64,000 bases of DNA from Polaribacter sp. (GCA_965661915.1 CBFIFR010000001.1:23797-87796), one strand, 5' to 3'; shown: positions 1 to 10,184, numbered from the stretch's first letter. Made by a program: numbers and translations. The notes: generated from the letters alone by a model not told the origin.

Positions 1-791
1 GTAGATATTGACAATGGAATTGAAATCTGCGTATTCAATAAATCAAAAACATTTAAAATAAAAGTTCTTGGCCTAATAACACCTCCAGGACCTCGAAAAG
101 GTCTGATAAAAGTTATCGTTTGGTCTGCAATTATAAAATTAATATTAGGTCTTAGTCTAATGGCAAAGTTAGGTCTTCTTTTTAAGGTGATGTTTGCAAA
201 ACTATTGGAAACAATTTGATAAGATTTATCTGAACCAAATAAATAAGAAGCCGCAACTGTAGATCCTAAAGTTCTTTTTTTATTTCTTATTCCGAAATTA
301 ATATCTATTGAATTTGTAAAATCATCAAAATCATCAGCATAAAAAAACTTGGTATAACCAACATTGTAAACAAAGGTATTGCTTTTCCCTAAGGTGTTAA
401 AATAGCCTAAAGAAACACTTGTAAAATCCCAAGCAGGTTCAAATTCTTGATAATAAACTCCTGAAATACTGGCATTAAACCCAGAGGAATGGTAATAGGA
501 AACTTGTGGTATGCTATTGAATTGATCTGTGCCAGAATCTCTCCCTGAAAAAAAAGTATTGCTATTATAAGAAACTGAAGCATATAGAAAATTGTAAGAA
601 ATACTGTTTTCTAATAACTCATCTAAAAATTGTTGATCGTTAAAAAAAAGTTCGTCAATTAAACCATCAATATCATCTAAATCATCTGAAGATTTTTCTT
701 GTGTATAAGAACAAAAAGAGGTTGCTACTGAAAACAGTAGCAACCCCAAAACTTTTAATGTTGTTTTTAATTGTTGATAAAGATGTGCCAT
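1..791 (-). CDS. Putative outer-membrane beta-barrel protein (partial, runs off the left edge)
   Basis: Not in the ORF track. ATG at 791 opens a frame MAHLYQQLKTTLKVLGLLLFSVATSFCSYTQ... that stays open to base 1; it has a signal-like N-terminus and alternating aromatic/Gly beta-strand patterns (YASVSYNSN, SLGYFNT, NVGYTKFFY). Confidence 0.7.
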   Translation of the reverse strand, partial: MAHLYQQLKTTLKVLGLLLFSVATSFCSYTQEKSSDDLDDIDGLIDELFFNDQQFLDELLENSISYNFLYASVSYNSNTFFSGRDSGTDQFNSIPQVSYYHSSGFNASISGVYYQEFEPAWDFTSVSLGYFNTLGKSNTFVYNVGYTKFFYADDFDDFTNSIDINFGIRNKKRTLGSTVAASYLFGSDKSYQIVSNSFANITLKRRPNFAIRLRPNINFIIADQTITFIRPFRGPGGVIRPRTFILNVFDLLNTQISIPLSIS

Positions 792-804
792 AAATGCTTG
801 AAAG

Positions 805-1296
805 TTAATTTCCTCTATTTCTTACTTTTTTATCTTTATCATTATTAACTCTAGGCCCATCTTTTAACTCTCCTCTATCTTTAGAATTTCTAATTTTATC
901 AATTCGTTCTTTCAACATTTTCCGTTGTTCACCAGTTAATGTTTTTCGAAAATTTTCTCTAGTTTTTCGCAAACGAACCTGCTGACTTTTAATCAAACTT
1001 TTTTGATTTCTAGAGAAAGTAGCTACCAAACGTTTTCTAATTTCAGTTTTTGAAATGCTTTTATCTCTTAAAATTGAAAGTTGTTCTTTGGTAAGCGATG
1101 CTTTAAAGGCTTCTCGATTTGCTTTAATTACCTCTCTTTCTTTCTTCAGCAAGTCTCTTTGCTTTTGAGTAAGCTCTTTCTTAATTAAAGTATAATTAGA
1201 ATCTTGAGCAAAAATTGTTGTATTAAATACCATCAAACCTAAAAAGCTAATTGTGAATATGATGTTTTTTAATTTCATTATAATTTCTTTACTCAT
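805..1296 (-). CDS. Secreted helical protein with LTxxQ motifs (Spy/CpxP-like chaperone candidate)
   Basis: Signal peptide ending IFA-QD; LTQKQ, LTKEQ and LTGEQ motifs; highly charged helices. The true start may be 1278. Confidence 0.6.
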   Translation of the reverse strand: MSKEIIMKLKNIIFTISFLGLMVFNTTIFAQDSNYTLIKKELTQKQRDLLKKEREVIKANREAFKASLTKEQLSILRDKSISKTEIRKRLVATFSRNQKSLIKSQQVRLRKTRENFRKTLTGEQRKMLKERIDKIRNSKDRGELKDGPRVNNDKDKKVRNRGN

Positions 1297-1322
1297 TAAA
1301 ATCTAAAGTACAAATTTACAAA

Positions 1323-2195
1323 TTAATTTCTGCAACTTTCTTTGGCTGCTTTATACCCTTCTTTATCTTCAATCGTTTGTTCAGTTCCGCCTCTAAACTT
1401 TATGTTAACAGGAAAGTTAAGGGTTGGTTTTTCAGTAGCATCAGGATTTGCCTTTTTCCATTCTCTTAATAATTTAAAATCTGCTCTTTTAACCACTTCA
1501 ATTACACTTTCATCTGCCATCGTAAAGCTTACTGGCAATACTAATTTAAAACATTTTCTTTTGTCTTTTCCTCTTTTACAAGCGTCTTTTATCGCTTTTA
1601 ATTCTTCACCATCAATTAATGTTTGTAAAGTACCATCTTCTAAAATTACATCTACAGGAAATACCAATTCTGGTCTTTCTCTAACATCAGGATTTGCTGT
1701 ATACCAGTCCTTTTTTAAAGACCAATCTTCTTTGCTGTTTAAAGTGATAGAAGAATCATCTGGCATAATTAAAACAATAGGAAATACAAATTCAAAACAT
1801 TTGCTTCTTCTTCCTCTTTTCTTGTCGCTAATGTCTAATAATTGTTTGCCTTGTGTATCAAAAAAAACATCGCTTTTTGCTTCTTGAAACGTTACGTCGT
1901 CTGAAACAACAGTTACTTGATATCCTAAGCCAGTTGCTAATTCTACTTTTTGAATGTAAGTATCTGCTAAATCATCTTTTAATACAGCTGTAGTAGCAGA
2001 TGGCAATTCAGACGCATCAACTGTAATTTTGGTTGCATTTTCTATTTTTTCTATCAATGCAGTTTCGTTTGTTAATTCTAATCCCTCATTATCTGAACAA
2101 GAGGTAAATAGTAAAGCAGATAAAATAAATGCAGAGATTGTGAAAAATAAAATTCTTGATTTTACTAGGTTTTTTTTTGAAATTGAAGTTCTCAT
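1323..2195 (-). CDS. Lipoprotein with two tandem Cys-bracketed repeats
   Basis: Lipobox LFTS-C; two repeats of about 75 aa, KCF..V.P.....D...P.L.FPV......GT.QT......AK..C. Confidence 0.7.
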   Translation of the reverse strand: MRTSISKKNLVKSRILFFTISAFILSALLFTSCSDNEGLELTNETALIEKIENATKITVDASELPSATTAVLKDDLADTYIQKVELATGLGYQVTVVSDDVTFQEAKSDVFFDTQGKQLLDISDKKRGRRSKCFEFVFPIVLIMPDDSSITLNSKEDWSLKKDWYTANPDVRERPELVFPVDVILEDGTLQTLIDGEELKAIKDACKRGKDKRKCFKLVLPVSFTMADESVIEVVKRADFKLLREWKKANPDATEKPTLNFPVNIKFRGGTEQTIEDKEGYKAAKESCRN

Positions 2196-2232
2196 ATTAA
2201 ATAAATTTTAGTTATTAATTGTTTCTATTTAC

Positions 2233-2260
2233 TTAGAACTACAATTTTTAAAATAGTTTG
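2233..2260 (-). promoter_or_regulatory. ECF sigma promoter copy 1 (CAAACTATTT-N11-GTTCTAA) upstream of the lipoprotein gene
   Basis: Same motif and spacing as at 2837-2864 and 3432-3459; AAAC/-35 and (G/T)TC/-10 layout typical of ECF promoters. Confidence 0.7.
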
Positions 2261-2277
2261 AAAAAAATATTTTTTTT

Positions 2278-2826
2278 TTACAAAATAATAGTTTCAATAA
2301 GTTTATCATCCATATAATCATCTAACAATGAGTCTTCTAAAATTATTGCATCCAAAATTAAATTATCTAATTTTTGTTCTTGCATTTCTGCTTTTACCAC
2401 AACTTCGTTAAACAAAGTGGCATCTGCAAAGGCATCTACATCTTCATCTGCTACCAATAATGATTGAATTAAAACATCATCTTCTAAAGCTATTGAATCT
2501 AAACTATAGGTTTTTGTATCATTTTGAATATTCAAATTCTGCAACCAAACTGTTAAGCTTAAAATAAACACCAAAGAAGCTACTGCTATGTATTTAAACT
2601 GAGGGCGCATATAAAACACCATTTGTTTTTTAGGTTGCTTATGCGTTACTTCTACATCTTCTTTAGCCTCTTCTTTAATTTTATCTAAAATAGAAAGTTT
2701 TGATTTTGTAAAATAGCCTTCAGGTATATCTGTTCCTAAATACTCTTTATGATGTTTAGAAATTGCAGTATTTGAATCTTTTTTTAGAAAGTTGTTTGTA
2801 GAATTATTTTCTGTTGATTTTTCCAT
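2278..2826 (-). CDS. Putative anti-sigma factor (single TM helix)
   Basis: Directly downstream of the ECF sigma gene; N-terminal IPEGYF motif, one TM segment, acidic C-terminus. ATG at 2826 is preferred because the GTG at 2847 lies inside the promoter motif. Confidence 0.65.
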   Translation of the reverse strand: MEKSTENNSTNNFLKKDSNTAISKHHKEYLGTDIPEGYFTKSKLSILDKIKEEAKEDVEVTHKQPKKQMVFYMRPQFKYIAVASLVFILSLTVWLQNLNIQNDTKTYSLDSIALEDDVLIQSLLVADEDVDAFADATLFNEVVVKAEMQEQKLDNLILDAIILEDSLLDDYMDDKLIETIIL

Positions 2827-2836
2827 AATATAATAG

Positions 2837-2864
2837 TTAGACCCCACTTTAAAGAAATAGTTTG
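2837..2864 (-). promoter_or_regulatory. ECF sigma promoter copy 2 (CAAACTATTT-N11-GGTCTAA)
   Basis: Motif repeated three times with identical spacing. Confidence 0.7.
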
Positions 2865-2866
2865 CT

Positions 2867-3406
2867 TTATAGCAGTATTTTTTTTTCTATAATTTTTACA
2901 CAGGTGTAATACGTAGATTTTAAGGTACTTTCAGATATGTTTAAAATATCGGAAATTTGCCGAAAACTTAAATCATCAAAGTATTTCATTTGAAAGACTC
3001 GCTTTTGTTTTTCCTTAAATCCATCAATAATAAGATTGAGTTTTTTCTGAATTTCATCCCCATCAAAGTACTCATCTTCAAATAAAACTTCTAAATTAGA
3101 TTCGGATACTTGATCAATATTATCATACCTTTTTTTACTATTTTTATTTAAAAAACGAATGGATTCATTGTATGCAATTCTATACATCCACGTGTGTAAA
3201 GAACTCTTTTCTTGAAAATTACCAATGCTTTTATAAATTCTGATAAACGTATTTTGCAATACATCGTCTGCATTTTCATGAGTATGTACAATTTTTCTGA
3301 TATGCCAATACAGCCGCTCTTGATATACATCAAGCAACTCACCAAAAGCATGTTCTTTTAATGCTGGGTTTTTTAACTTTTTAACAAGATCAGTATCTTT
3401 ACTCAA
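2867..3406 (-). CDS. ECF-family RNA polymerase sigma-70 factor
   Basis: Region 2 (ADDVLQNTFI, WMYRIAYN) and region 4 HTH (LSFRQISDILNISESTLKS). Confidence 0.93.
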   Translation of the reverse strand: MSKDTDLVKKLKNPALKEHAFGELLDVYQERLYWHIRKIVHTHENADDVLQNTFIRIYKSIGNFQEKSSLHTWMYRIAYNESIRFLNKNSKKRYDNIDQVSESNLEVLFEDEYFDGDEIQKKLNLIIDGFKEKQKRVFQMKYFDDLSFRQISDILNISESTLKSTYYTCVKIIEKKILL

Positions 3407-3431
3407 GTAATATTTTATAAGTTTCTCTTTA

Positions 3432-3459
3432 TTTGACCTCTAAAAATAGAAATAGTTTG
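3432..3459 (-). promoter_or_regulatory. ECF sigma autoregulatory promoter copy 3 (CAAACTATTT-N11-GGTCAAA)
   Basis: About 25 bp upstream of the sigma start; same motif as the other two copies. Confidence 0.7.
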
Positions 3460-3612
3460 ATTAAAACACCCAATAATTTTTATTTAATAAATTTCAATCA
3501 ATTTTGTAAATATGTTTATCAATTTTAAGTGAGGAAAATATTTGAGCAAAATTGGCATCATTTGTATTTTTACAAAGAGAAATTAAAGGTTAAAAATTAC
3601 ACACTGTATATT

Positions 3613-4371
3613 ATGAAAATTATTATATCTCCAGCAAAATCATTAGATTTTGAAAGCAAAGTACCCACTAGTTTGCACACACAACCTCGTTTTTTAGAAC
3701 AATCTGAAAAGTTGAATAAAAAACTAAAAACGCTTTCTAAAAAGAAATTATCAGACTTAATGTCTATTTCAGATGATTTAGCAAGATTGAATTATGAACG
3801 TAATCAAGAATGGAAAACCCCTTTTACTCCTAAAAACGCTAAGCAAGCCATTTATGCATTTACAGGAGCTGTTTTTCAAGGGATTGATGTAAATTCTATT
3901 GGGGAAGAAAAACTCCCACTTTTACAAGACCGTTTGCGTATTCTTTCTGGTTTGTATGGTTTGCTAAAACCTTTAGATTTAATTCAGCCTTATCGATTAG
4001 AAATGGGAACACGTTTAAAAGTTGGCAGAAAAGATAATCTCTACAAATTTTGGGACATCACTTTAGCCAAATCTTTAAATAATGAGTTAAAAGAAGATGA
4101 ATTGCTCATAAATTTAGCAAGTACAGAATACTTTAAAGTTTTGCCTAAAAAGGCGTTGAAAGTACCTATGATTACCCCTGTTTTTAAAGATTTTAAAAAC
4201 GGACAATATAAAACCATAATGACATATGCGAAAATGGCACGTGGCTTTATGGTACGTTATATTATTGATAACAATGTGCAAACCATTGATGAATTAAAAG
4301 GCTTTGATATAGAAGGTTATGGGTTTTCGGAAGAAATGTCTAAGGGAAATGAGTTAGTGTTTACTCGTTAG
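3613..4371 (+). CDS. yaaA: Peroxide stress protein YaaA (UPF0246)
   Basis: MKIIISPAKSLD start, LRILSGLYGLLKPLD, PYRLEMG, AKMARG motifs; ATG at 3613 matches the family N-terminus. Confidence 0.93.
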   Translation: MKIIISPAKSLDFESKVPTSLHTQPRFLEQSEKLNKKLKTLSKKKLSDLMSISDDLARLNYERNQEWKTPFTPKNAKQAIYAFTGAVFQGIDVNSIGEEKLPLLQDRLRILSGLYGLLKPLDLIQPYRLEMGTRLKVGRKDNLYKFWDITLAKSLNNELKEDELLINLASTEYFKVLPKKALKVPMITPVFKDFKNGQYKTIMTYAKMARGFMVRYIIDNNVQTIDELKGFDIEGYGFSEEMSKGNELVFTR

Positions 4372-5252
4372 TTCTTCATTTTATACATAACCCAAATGTG
4401 TGGGGCAGTCACTGCAAAAAGTAATACAAATACAAATGAAGCAAAAAGATTTACTTGTGGTAATATGATATACAACAATACTAGTCCTAAAACACTAACC
4501 AACCAATATGGAGCTGCTTTTTTTACATAGAAAAAGAAACTTTTGTTGTTAACGGTATTTGAAATATATCTTATCTGATGCATCATAGAAGGTATAGAGT
4601 GCCAAAAGATAAAATAAATTGCAAAACCTAAAATTAATGATGTTGTCTTGAATACTAAAAAAAGAAACATCATATAAAATAATTCCAATGCAAACATTTT
4701 CATTGAAACTTTCTTTTTTAAAATTAAGTAAATTGTTAATACTACAGTAATGGAAATACTAATTAACAAACTCAATAAAATATCTTCTTTCAAAAAAGTA
4801 GAATTTGTTATTTCAAGCATAATTTTATTTACATCTGTTAATGAAGTAAGAAAAATCATATTGAAAATATTTAATCCAAAAATCACAAAATAGAGCGTAT
4901 CGAAAAAAGGGTTTACAGAAAACTTTTCAGAAAGATGTTCCTCTCCAAAATGATAAGAACTAATAACTATAAAAAGTAAAATGGCAGCATAAGAATTTAG
5001 CCAATAAATAAAAATGCAAGAAGTACTAATTAAGGCATAAACTAGCAGATTTTTAACAAGTAGTTTTTTTCCTTTTTTATTCGAAGAAATTATTAAAATA
5101 TCGTTGGCTCCATGTAATAAACCTACTGTCAATACTAGAAAATACGCTAAAGAATCTTCAAAGATATCATCAAACTGTGTACTAAACCAAAATAATAGAA
5201 ATGTAAAATATATCTTAAAGTTTTGATAATTTTTACTAAAATAGGTAACCAT
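4368..5252 (-). CDS. blh: Brp/Blh beta-carotene 15,15'-dioxygenase (retinal synthesis)
   Basis: Multi-TM protein with His motifs GLLHGAND, YHFGE, FWHS and TAPH; divergent from the rhodopsin gene. Confidence 0.9.
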   Translation of the reverse strand: MVTYFSKNYQNFKIYFTFLLFWFSTQFDDIFEDSLAYFLVLTVGLLHGANDILIISSNKKGKKLLVKNLLVYALISTSCIFIYWLNSYAAILLFIVISSYHFGEEHLSEKFSVNPFFDTLYFVIFGLNIFNMIFLTSLTDVNKIMLEITNSTFLKEDILLSLLISISITVVLTIYLILKKKVSMKMFALELFYMMFLFLVFKTTSLILGFAIYFIFWHSIPSMMHQIRYISNTVNNKSFFFYVKKAAPYWLVSVLGLVLLYIILPQVNLFASFVFVLLFAVTAPHIWVMYKMKN

Positions 5253-5280
5253 TTTACAAATGTAATAATTTTTTTGTAAA

Positions 5281-5314
5281 TTTGTTTAGACTTATACGAA
5301 ATAAGTTAAACAAA
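5281..5314. promoter_or_regulatory. Inverted repeat in the blh/PR divergent promoter region (candidate operator or 5'UTR hairpin)
   Basis: TTTGTTTA(G)ACTTAT-acgaa-ATAAGTTAAACAAA, overlapping the TAAATTTG -7 box at 5277-5284. Confidence 0.45.
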
Positions 5315-5336
5315 ACATTAACTAAATCATTACATT

Positions 5337-6077
5337 ATGAATTCTTTATTACACTTTTTAGCAGTTTCCAAAATGGCTACAGACGATTACGTTGGTTTTA
5401 CATTCTTTGTTGGATGTATGGCAATGATGGCAGCAGCCGCTTTTTTCTTTCTTTCTATGAATAATTTTGATAAGAAATGGCGAACATCGATCTTAGTTTC
5501 AGGTTTAATTACATTTATAGCAGCCGTACACTATTGGTATATGAGAGATTATTGGGCTTCAAATATGGAATCTCCAACATTTTTTAGATATGTAGATTGG
5601 GTATTAACAGTACCTTTAATGTGCGTTGAATTCTTCTTAATATTAAAAGTAGCAGGTGCAAAAAAATCATTAATGTGGAAATTAATTTTCTTATCTGTTG
5701 TAATGTTAGTAACTGGTTACTTTGGTGAAGCAGTTTACACTACAGGAGCAGGTCCAGCACTTTGGGGTCTAGTTTCTGGTTTAGCATATTTTGCTATCGT
5801 TTACATGATTTGGTTCGGAGAGGCAAAGAAATTAGCAGAACAAGCAGGTGGTGCAGTTTTATCAGCTCACAAAACTTTATGTTGGTTCGTACTTGTAGGA
5901 TGGGCTATTTATCCTTTAGGTTACATGGCTGGAACTGAAGGTTGGTATACACAATTTCTTGGAAGTTTTAACATAGATGTTGTTTACAACATTGGTGATG
6001 CAGTAAACAAAATCGGTTTTGGTCTTGTTGTATACAACTTAGCATTACAACAGTCAACAGATACACCAAAAATTTAG
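5337..6077 (+). CDS. Proteorhodopsin (DTE proton pump, Met at the spectral-tuning site, likely green-absorbing)
   Basis: 7 TM; RYVDWVLTVPLMCVEF carries the D-T-E motif; retinal-binding Lys in DAVNKIGFG. Confidence 0.95.
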   Translation: MNSLLHFLAVSKMATDDYVGFTFFVGCMAMMAAAAFFFLSMNNFDKKWRTSILVSGLITFIAAVHYWYMRDYWASNMESPTFFRYVDWVLTVPLMCVEFFLILKVAGAKKSLMWKLIFLSVVMLVTGYFGEAVYTTGAGPALWGLVSGLAYFAIVYMIWFGEAKKLAEQAGGAVLSAHKTLCWFVLVGWAIYPLGYMAGTEGWYTQFLGSFNIDVVYNIGDAVNKIGFGLVVYNLALQQSTDTPKI

Positions 6078-6099
6078 TATAACTTTTGACAAATAGTAC

Positions 6100-6130
6100 A
6101 AAAAGCTGTCTGAAAAGACGGCTTTTTTTA
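6100..6130 (+). terminator. Intrinsic terminator after proteorhodopsin
   Basis: AAAAGCTGTC-tgaaaa-GACGGCTTTTTT hairpin followed by a U tract. Confidence 0.8.
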
Positions 6131-6176
6131 TTACAACAAACATACAGTTACAAACACTATTAATTGTACCTTAAAA

Positions 6177-7601
6177 TTAACAATCGGCCAAGCCAACATG
6201 AATAGCCAAACCTCCTTCAGAAGTCTCTTTGTAATTTTTATGCATGTCTTTTGCAGTTTCCCACATTGTATCAATTACTTTATCTAAAGGTACTTTAACT
6301 TCTTTTGGATCAGTTTCTAGTGCAATTTCTGCAGCATTAATTGCTTTTATGGCTCCCATAGAATTGCGTTCTATGCATGGCACTTGTACCAAACCTCCAA
6401 TAGGATCGCAGGTTAAACCTAAATGATGTTCCATTGCTATTTCTGCAGCTACTAAAGATTGTGCTGGTGTGCCTCCTAACAATTCAGTTAAGGCTGCTGC
6501 AGCCATTGCTGAAGAAACTCCAATTTCTGCTTGGCAGCCACCCATTGCTGCTGAAATTGTGGCGTTTTTTTTAAAAACACTACCAATTTCGCCAGCCGTT
6601 AATAAAAATTGTTTGATTTCTTTAAAGTCGGCTTTATGATTTTCGATCACCAAATAATACATTAATACAGCAGGAATTACACCTGCACTGCCATTGGTTG
6701 GGGCAGTAACCACTCTACCTAAAGATGCATTTACTTCATTGACTGACAATGCAAAACAACTTACCCACTTTAAAATTTCTCGAAACTTTACCTCTGTACT
6801 TCTAATAGCTGTAATCCATTCTTTTGGGTTTGTATAGGTTGTATCTTTTATTAATTTTTGATGTGTACTAAATGCACGTCTTTTTACATGTAATCCTCCA
6901 GGTAACTTACCTTCTGTATGGCAGCCAATGTACATACATTCTAACATCGTATCCCAAATCCTTTGTAACTCAAAATCAATTTTTTTAGCATCATTAATTT
7001 CTAATTCATTTTTAAAAACAATATCAGAAATCAGCAAATTTTCTTGCTCACAAAATAGCTCTAATTCTTTTGCTCTATTTATAGGATAAGGAAAGTTTTT
7101 CTTGTTAATTTCTATTTCTTCTTCCAAATTATCATCCTCTTGTACAATAAAACCACCACCAATCGAATAATAGGTTTCATTTGATATTTCGTCGCCATTT
7201 GCGAACCCTTTAAAAGTAACACCATTAGAATGAAATGATAAAAAATCTCTATTAAAAACAATCGAATCTTGATGAAATGGAATTTTTTTTCCTCCTTTAA
7301 AATAAATTTCTTCTTGTATGCTAATTCTATCAACTATTGTAAAAATATCCTCAATAGGTATATATTCTGGATCAGCTTCACTTAAACCCAATAAAATTGC
7401 TAAATCTGTTGCGTGTCCTTTTCCTGTTAAAGATAATGAGCCATACAAATCTACTTGTACAGCATCAATTTGTTCAAAAAGAGATGTATCTCTTAATTTC
7501 TGAATCCATTGTTGTGCAGCTCTCCAAGGCCCTAATGTATGAGAACTTGAGGGGCCAATAGCAATTTTAAGCATATCAAAAACACTAATAAATTGTGACA
7601 T
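6177..7601 (-). CDS. sdaA: L-serine ammonia-lyase (Fe-S, single chain)
   Basis: GPSSSHT, TAPTNGSAG, GGCQAEIG and HHLGLTCDP motifs. Confidence 0.95.
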   Translation of the reverse strand: MSQFISVFDMLKIAIGPSSSHTLGPWRAAQQWIQKLRDTSLFEQIDAVQVDLYGSLSLTGKGHATDLAILLGLSEADPEYIPIEDIFTIVDRISIQEEIYFKGGKKIPFHQDSIVFNRDFLSFHSNGVTFKGFANGDEISNETYYSIGGGFIVQEDDNLEEEIEINKKNFPYPINRAKELELFCEQENLLISDIVFKNELEINDAKKIDFELQRIWDTMLECMYIGCHTEGKLPGGLHVKRRAFSTHQKLIKDTTYTNPKEWITAIRSTEVKFREILKWVSCFALSVNEVNASLGRVVTAPTNGSAGVIPAVLMYYLVIENHKADFKEIKQFLLTAGEIGSVFKKNATISAAMGGCQAEIGVSSAMAAAALTELLGGTPAQSLVAAEIAMEHHLGLTCDPIGGLVQVPCIERNSMGAIKAINAAEIALETDPKEVKVPLDKVIDTMWETAKDMHKNYKETSEGGLAIHVGLADC

Positions 7602-7635
7602 TCATAAAATATATTAAATATTATATCGTAAAAAT

Positions 7636-7667
7636 AAAAAATCCAACTCAAATGAGCTGGATTTTTC
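7636..7667. terminator. Hairpin terminator downstream of the DUF2853 gene
   Basis: AAAAAATCCAaCTCA-aa-TGAGcTGGATTTTT. Confidence 0.65.
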
Positions 7668-7689
7668 ATAATATATTAAAATTATCAAT

Positions 7690-8031
7690 TTAAAAACCGT
7701 AAACCGATTCTTTATCAAATTTTTTCACCAACATGTAGTAAACTACTGCTCTGTACTTATTTCTTTCAGACTTGCCAATTCTCTCAATTACTTCTGCAAT
7801 TTTTTCATCTAATTCTGGTGTATCGTCTAAACCTAACTTTTTAATTAAAAAATTATTTTTAACAGTTGCTAATTCTTTTGCGTCAGAACCAGAAACTGTC
7901 TCTGCATCTTTTTTATAAATAGATGGACCCAAACCTTTAGTAACAGCTGTTAATAATTCTGTGTTAGAACGGATATCTCTATCGTCCATAAATTTTTTGT
8001 ACAAAGCGACTTTTTCGTCAAATTTACTCAT
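7690..8031 (-). CDS. DUF2853 family protein
   Basis: GLGPSIY..DAETVS, NFLIKKLGL and RNKYRAVVYY motifs. Confidence 0.8.
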   Translation of the reverse strand: MSKFDEKVALYKKFMDDRDIRSNTELLTAVTKGLGPSIYKKDAETVSGSDAKELATVKNNFLIKKLGLDDTPELDEKIAEVIERIGKSERNKYRAVVYYMLVKKFDKESVYGF

Positions 8032-8276
8032 GGTATTTTGTTTAATTAATTAAATAATGTATTGATTCTTAATAGAACCTTTCAAATATATAAAAATTAA
8101 CGCATTAAGGAAAACACATTTCGTTGAGTGGTATAATTAACAAGTTGTGTCATATTGTCATAACTATGAATGTAATTATTTAAAAAACTGACATTTTTTT
8201 TATAAAAACCTGTTGGCACAGCATTTGACAAATACATATTGTAAAATTGAAAAAAAATTTAATTAAAATAAATATT

Positions 8277-10184
8277 ATGAGTAAAATTATAGGAATAGAT
8301 TTAGGAACAACCAACTCGTGTGTTTCTGTGATGGAAGGTAATGAGCCAGTTGTAATTCCTAATGCTGAAGGAAAAAGAACTACACCATCTATTGTTGCCT
8401 TTGTTGAAGGTGGAGAACGTAAGATTGGTGATCCTGCAAAAAGACAAGCAGTAACAAACCCAACAAAAACCGTTTATTCTATTAAACGTTTTATGGGTAA
8501 TAAATTCTCTGAATCTACACAAGAAGTAAAAAGAGTACCTTATAAAGTAGTAAAAGGAGATAATGATACACCAAGAGTAGATATTGATGGTCGTTTATAC
8601 ACACCTCAAGAAATTTCTGCAATGATTCTTCAAAAAATGAAGAAAACTGCAGAAGACTATTTAGGAACTGATGTAACTGGTGCTGTTGTAACTGTGCCTG
8701 CATATTTTAACGATGCACAAAGACAAGCAACTAAAGAAGCTGGTGAAATTGCTGGTTTAAAAGTAGAACGTATCATTAACGAACCTACTGCTGCTGCTTT
8801 AGCTTATGGTTTAGATAAATCAAATGATGATAAGAAAATTGTTGTTTTTGACTTTGGTGGTGGTACGCATGACGTTTCTATCTTAGAATTAGGTGATGGT
8901 GTTTTTGAAGTATTGGCTACTGATGGAGATACACATTTAGGTGGTGATGATGTTGATGAAAAAATCATCAATTGGTTAGCTGATGAATTCCAGTCTGAAG
9001 AAAATATGGACTTACGTAAAGACCCAATGGCTTTACAACGTTTAAAAGAAGCTGCTGAAAAAGCTAAAATTGAATTATCAAGTTCTTCTTCAACTGAAAT
9101 TAATTTACCTTATGTAACTGCTACTGCTAGTGGCCCAAAACACTTGGTAAGAACTTTAAGTAGAGCTAAATTTGAACAATTAATTGACGATTTAGTAAAA
9201 AGAACAATTGAACCATGTAAAACAGCTTTAAAAAATGCTGATTTATCAACTTCTGATATTGATGAAATTATCTTAGTTGGTGGTTCTACAAGAATACCTG
9301 CAATTCAAGAAGCCGTTGAAAAATTCTTCAGTAAAGCACCAAGTAAAGGAGTAAACCCAGATGAAGTAGTATCTTTAGGTGCTGCAATTCAAGGTGGTGT
9401 TTTAACAGGTGATGTTAAAGATGTACTGTTATTAGACGTAACACCTTTATCATTAGGTATTGAAACAATGGGTAACGTTTTCACAAAATTAATTGATGCA
9501 AACACAACCATTCCAACTAAAAAATCGCAAATATTTTCAACTGCTGTAGATAATCAACCTTCTGTAGATATTCACGTTTTACAAGGAGAAAGAGCAATGG
9601 CTGCTGATAACAAAACAATTGGACGTTTTCAATTAACAGATATTCCACCAGCACAAAGAGGTGTACCTCAAATTGAAGTAACTTTTGATATTGATGCAAA
9701 CGGAATTATTAAAGTTTCTGCAGTAGATAAAGCAACAGGAAAATCACAAGATATTCGTATTGAAGCATCTTCTGGTTTATCTGAAGAGGAAATCGAAAAA
9801 ATGAAACAAGAAGCAGAAGCAAATGCTGATGCAGATAAAATAGCAAAAGAAACTGCTGAAAAAGTGAATGGAGCAGATTCGATGATTTTTCAAACAGAAA
9901 AGCAATTAAAAGAGTTTGGTGATAAATTATCAGCAGATAAAAAAGAACCAATTGAAGCTGCTTTAACAGAATTAAAAACTGCTCATGAGTCTAAAGATTT
10001 AGCTCAAATTGATGCTTCTATGGAGAAAATTAATGAAGCTTGGAAAGCTGCTTCTGAAGAGATGTATGCTGCACAAGGTGGTGCTGAAGGTGCAAATCCT
10101 GGAGCAGGTGCTCAAGATCAGCCAGAGGGTAATGCAGATAAAGGTGACAATGTAGAGGATGTAGATTTTGAGGAGGTAAAGTAA
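8277..10184 (+). CDS. dnaK: Chaperone DnaK (Hsp70)
   Basis: [29 protein letters not shown] and the C-terminal DVDFEEVK; ATG at 8277. Confidence 0.99.
   Translation: MSKIIGIDLGTTNSCVSVMEGNEPVVIPNAEGKRTTPSIVAFVEGGERKIGDPAKRQAVTNPTKTVYSIKRFMGNKFSESTQEVKRVPYKVVKGDNDTPRVDIDGRLYTPQEISAMILQKMKKTAEDYLGTDVTGAVVTVPAYFNDAQRQATKEAGEIAGLKVERIINEPTAAALAYGLDKSNDDKKIVVFDFGGGTHDVSILELGDGVFEVLATDGDTHLGGDDVDEKIINWLADEFQSEENMDLRKDPMALQRLKEAAEKAKIELSSSSSTEINLPYVTATASGPKHLVRTLSRAKFEQLIDDLVKRTIEPCKTALKNADLSTSDIDEIILVGGSTRIPAIQEAVEKFFSKAPSKGVNPDEVVSLGAAIQGGVLTGDVKDVLLLDVTPLSLGIETMGNVFTKLIDANTTIPTKKSQIFSTAVDNQPSVDIHVLQGERAMAADNKTIGRFQLTDIPPAQRGVPQIEVTFDIDANGIIKVSAVDKATGKSQDIRIEASSGLSEEEIEKMKQEAEANADADKIAKETAEKVNGADSMIFQTEKQLKEFGDKLSADKKEPIEAALTELKTAHESKDLAQIDASMEKINEAWKAASEEMYAAQGGAEGANPGAGAQDQPEGNADKGDNVEDVDFEEVK

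Noticed and set aside
1342-1887. 181-aa plus-strand ORF and other antisense ORFs in the track (e.g. 10585-10893, 26034-26393, 62639-62953)
   Set aside because: They lie wholly antisense to well-supported genes and have no recognisable motifs; treated as shadow ORFs.
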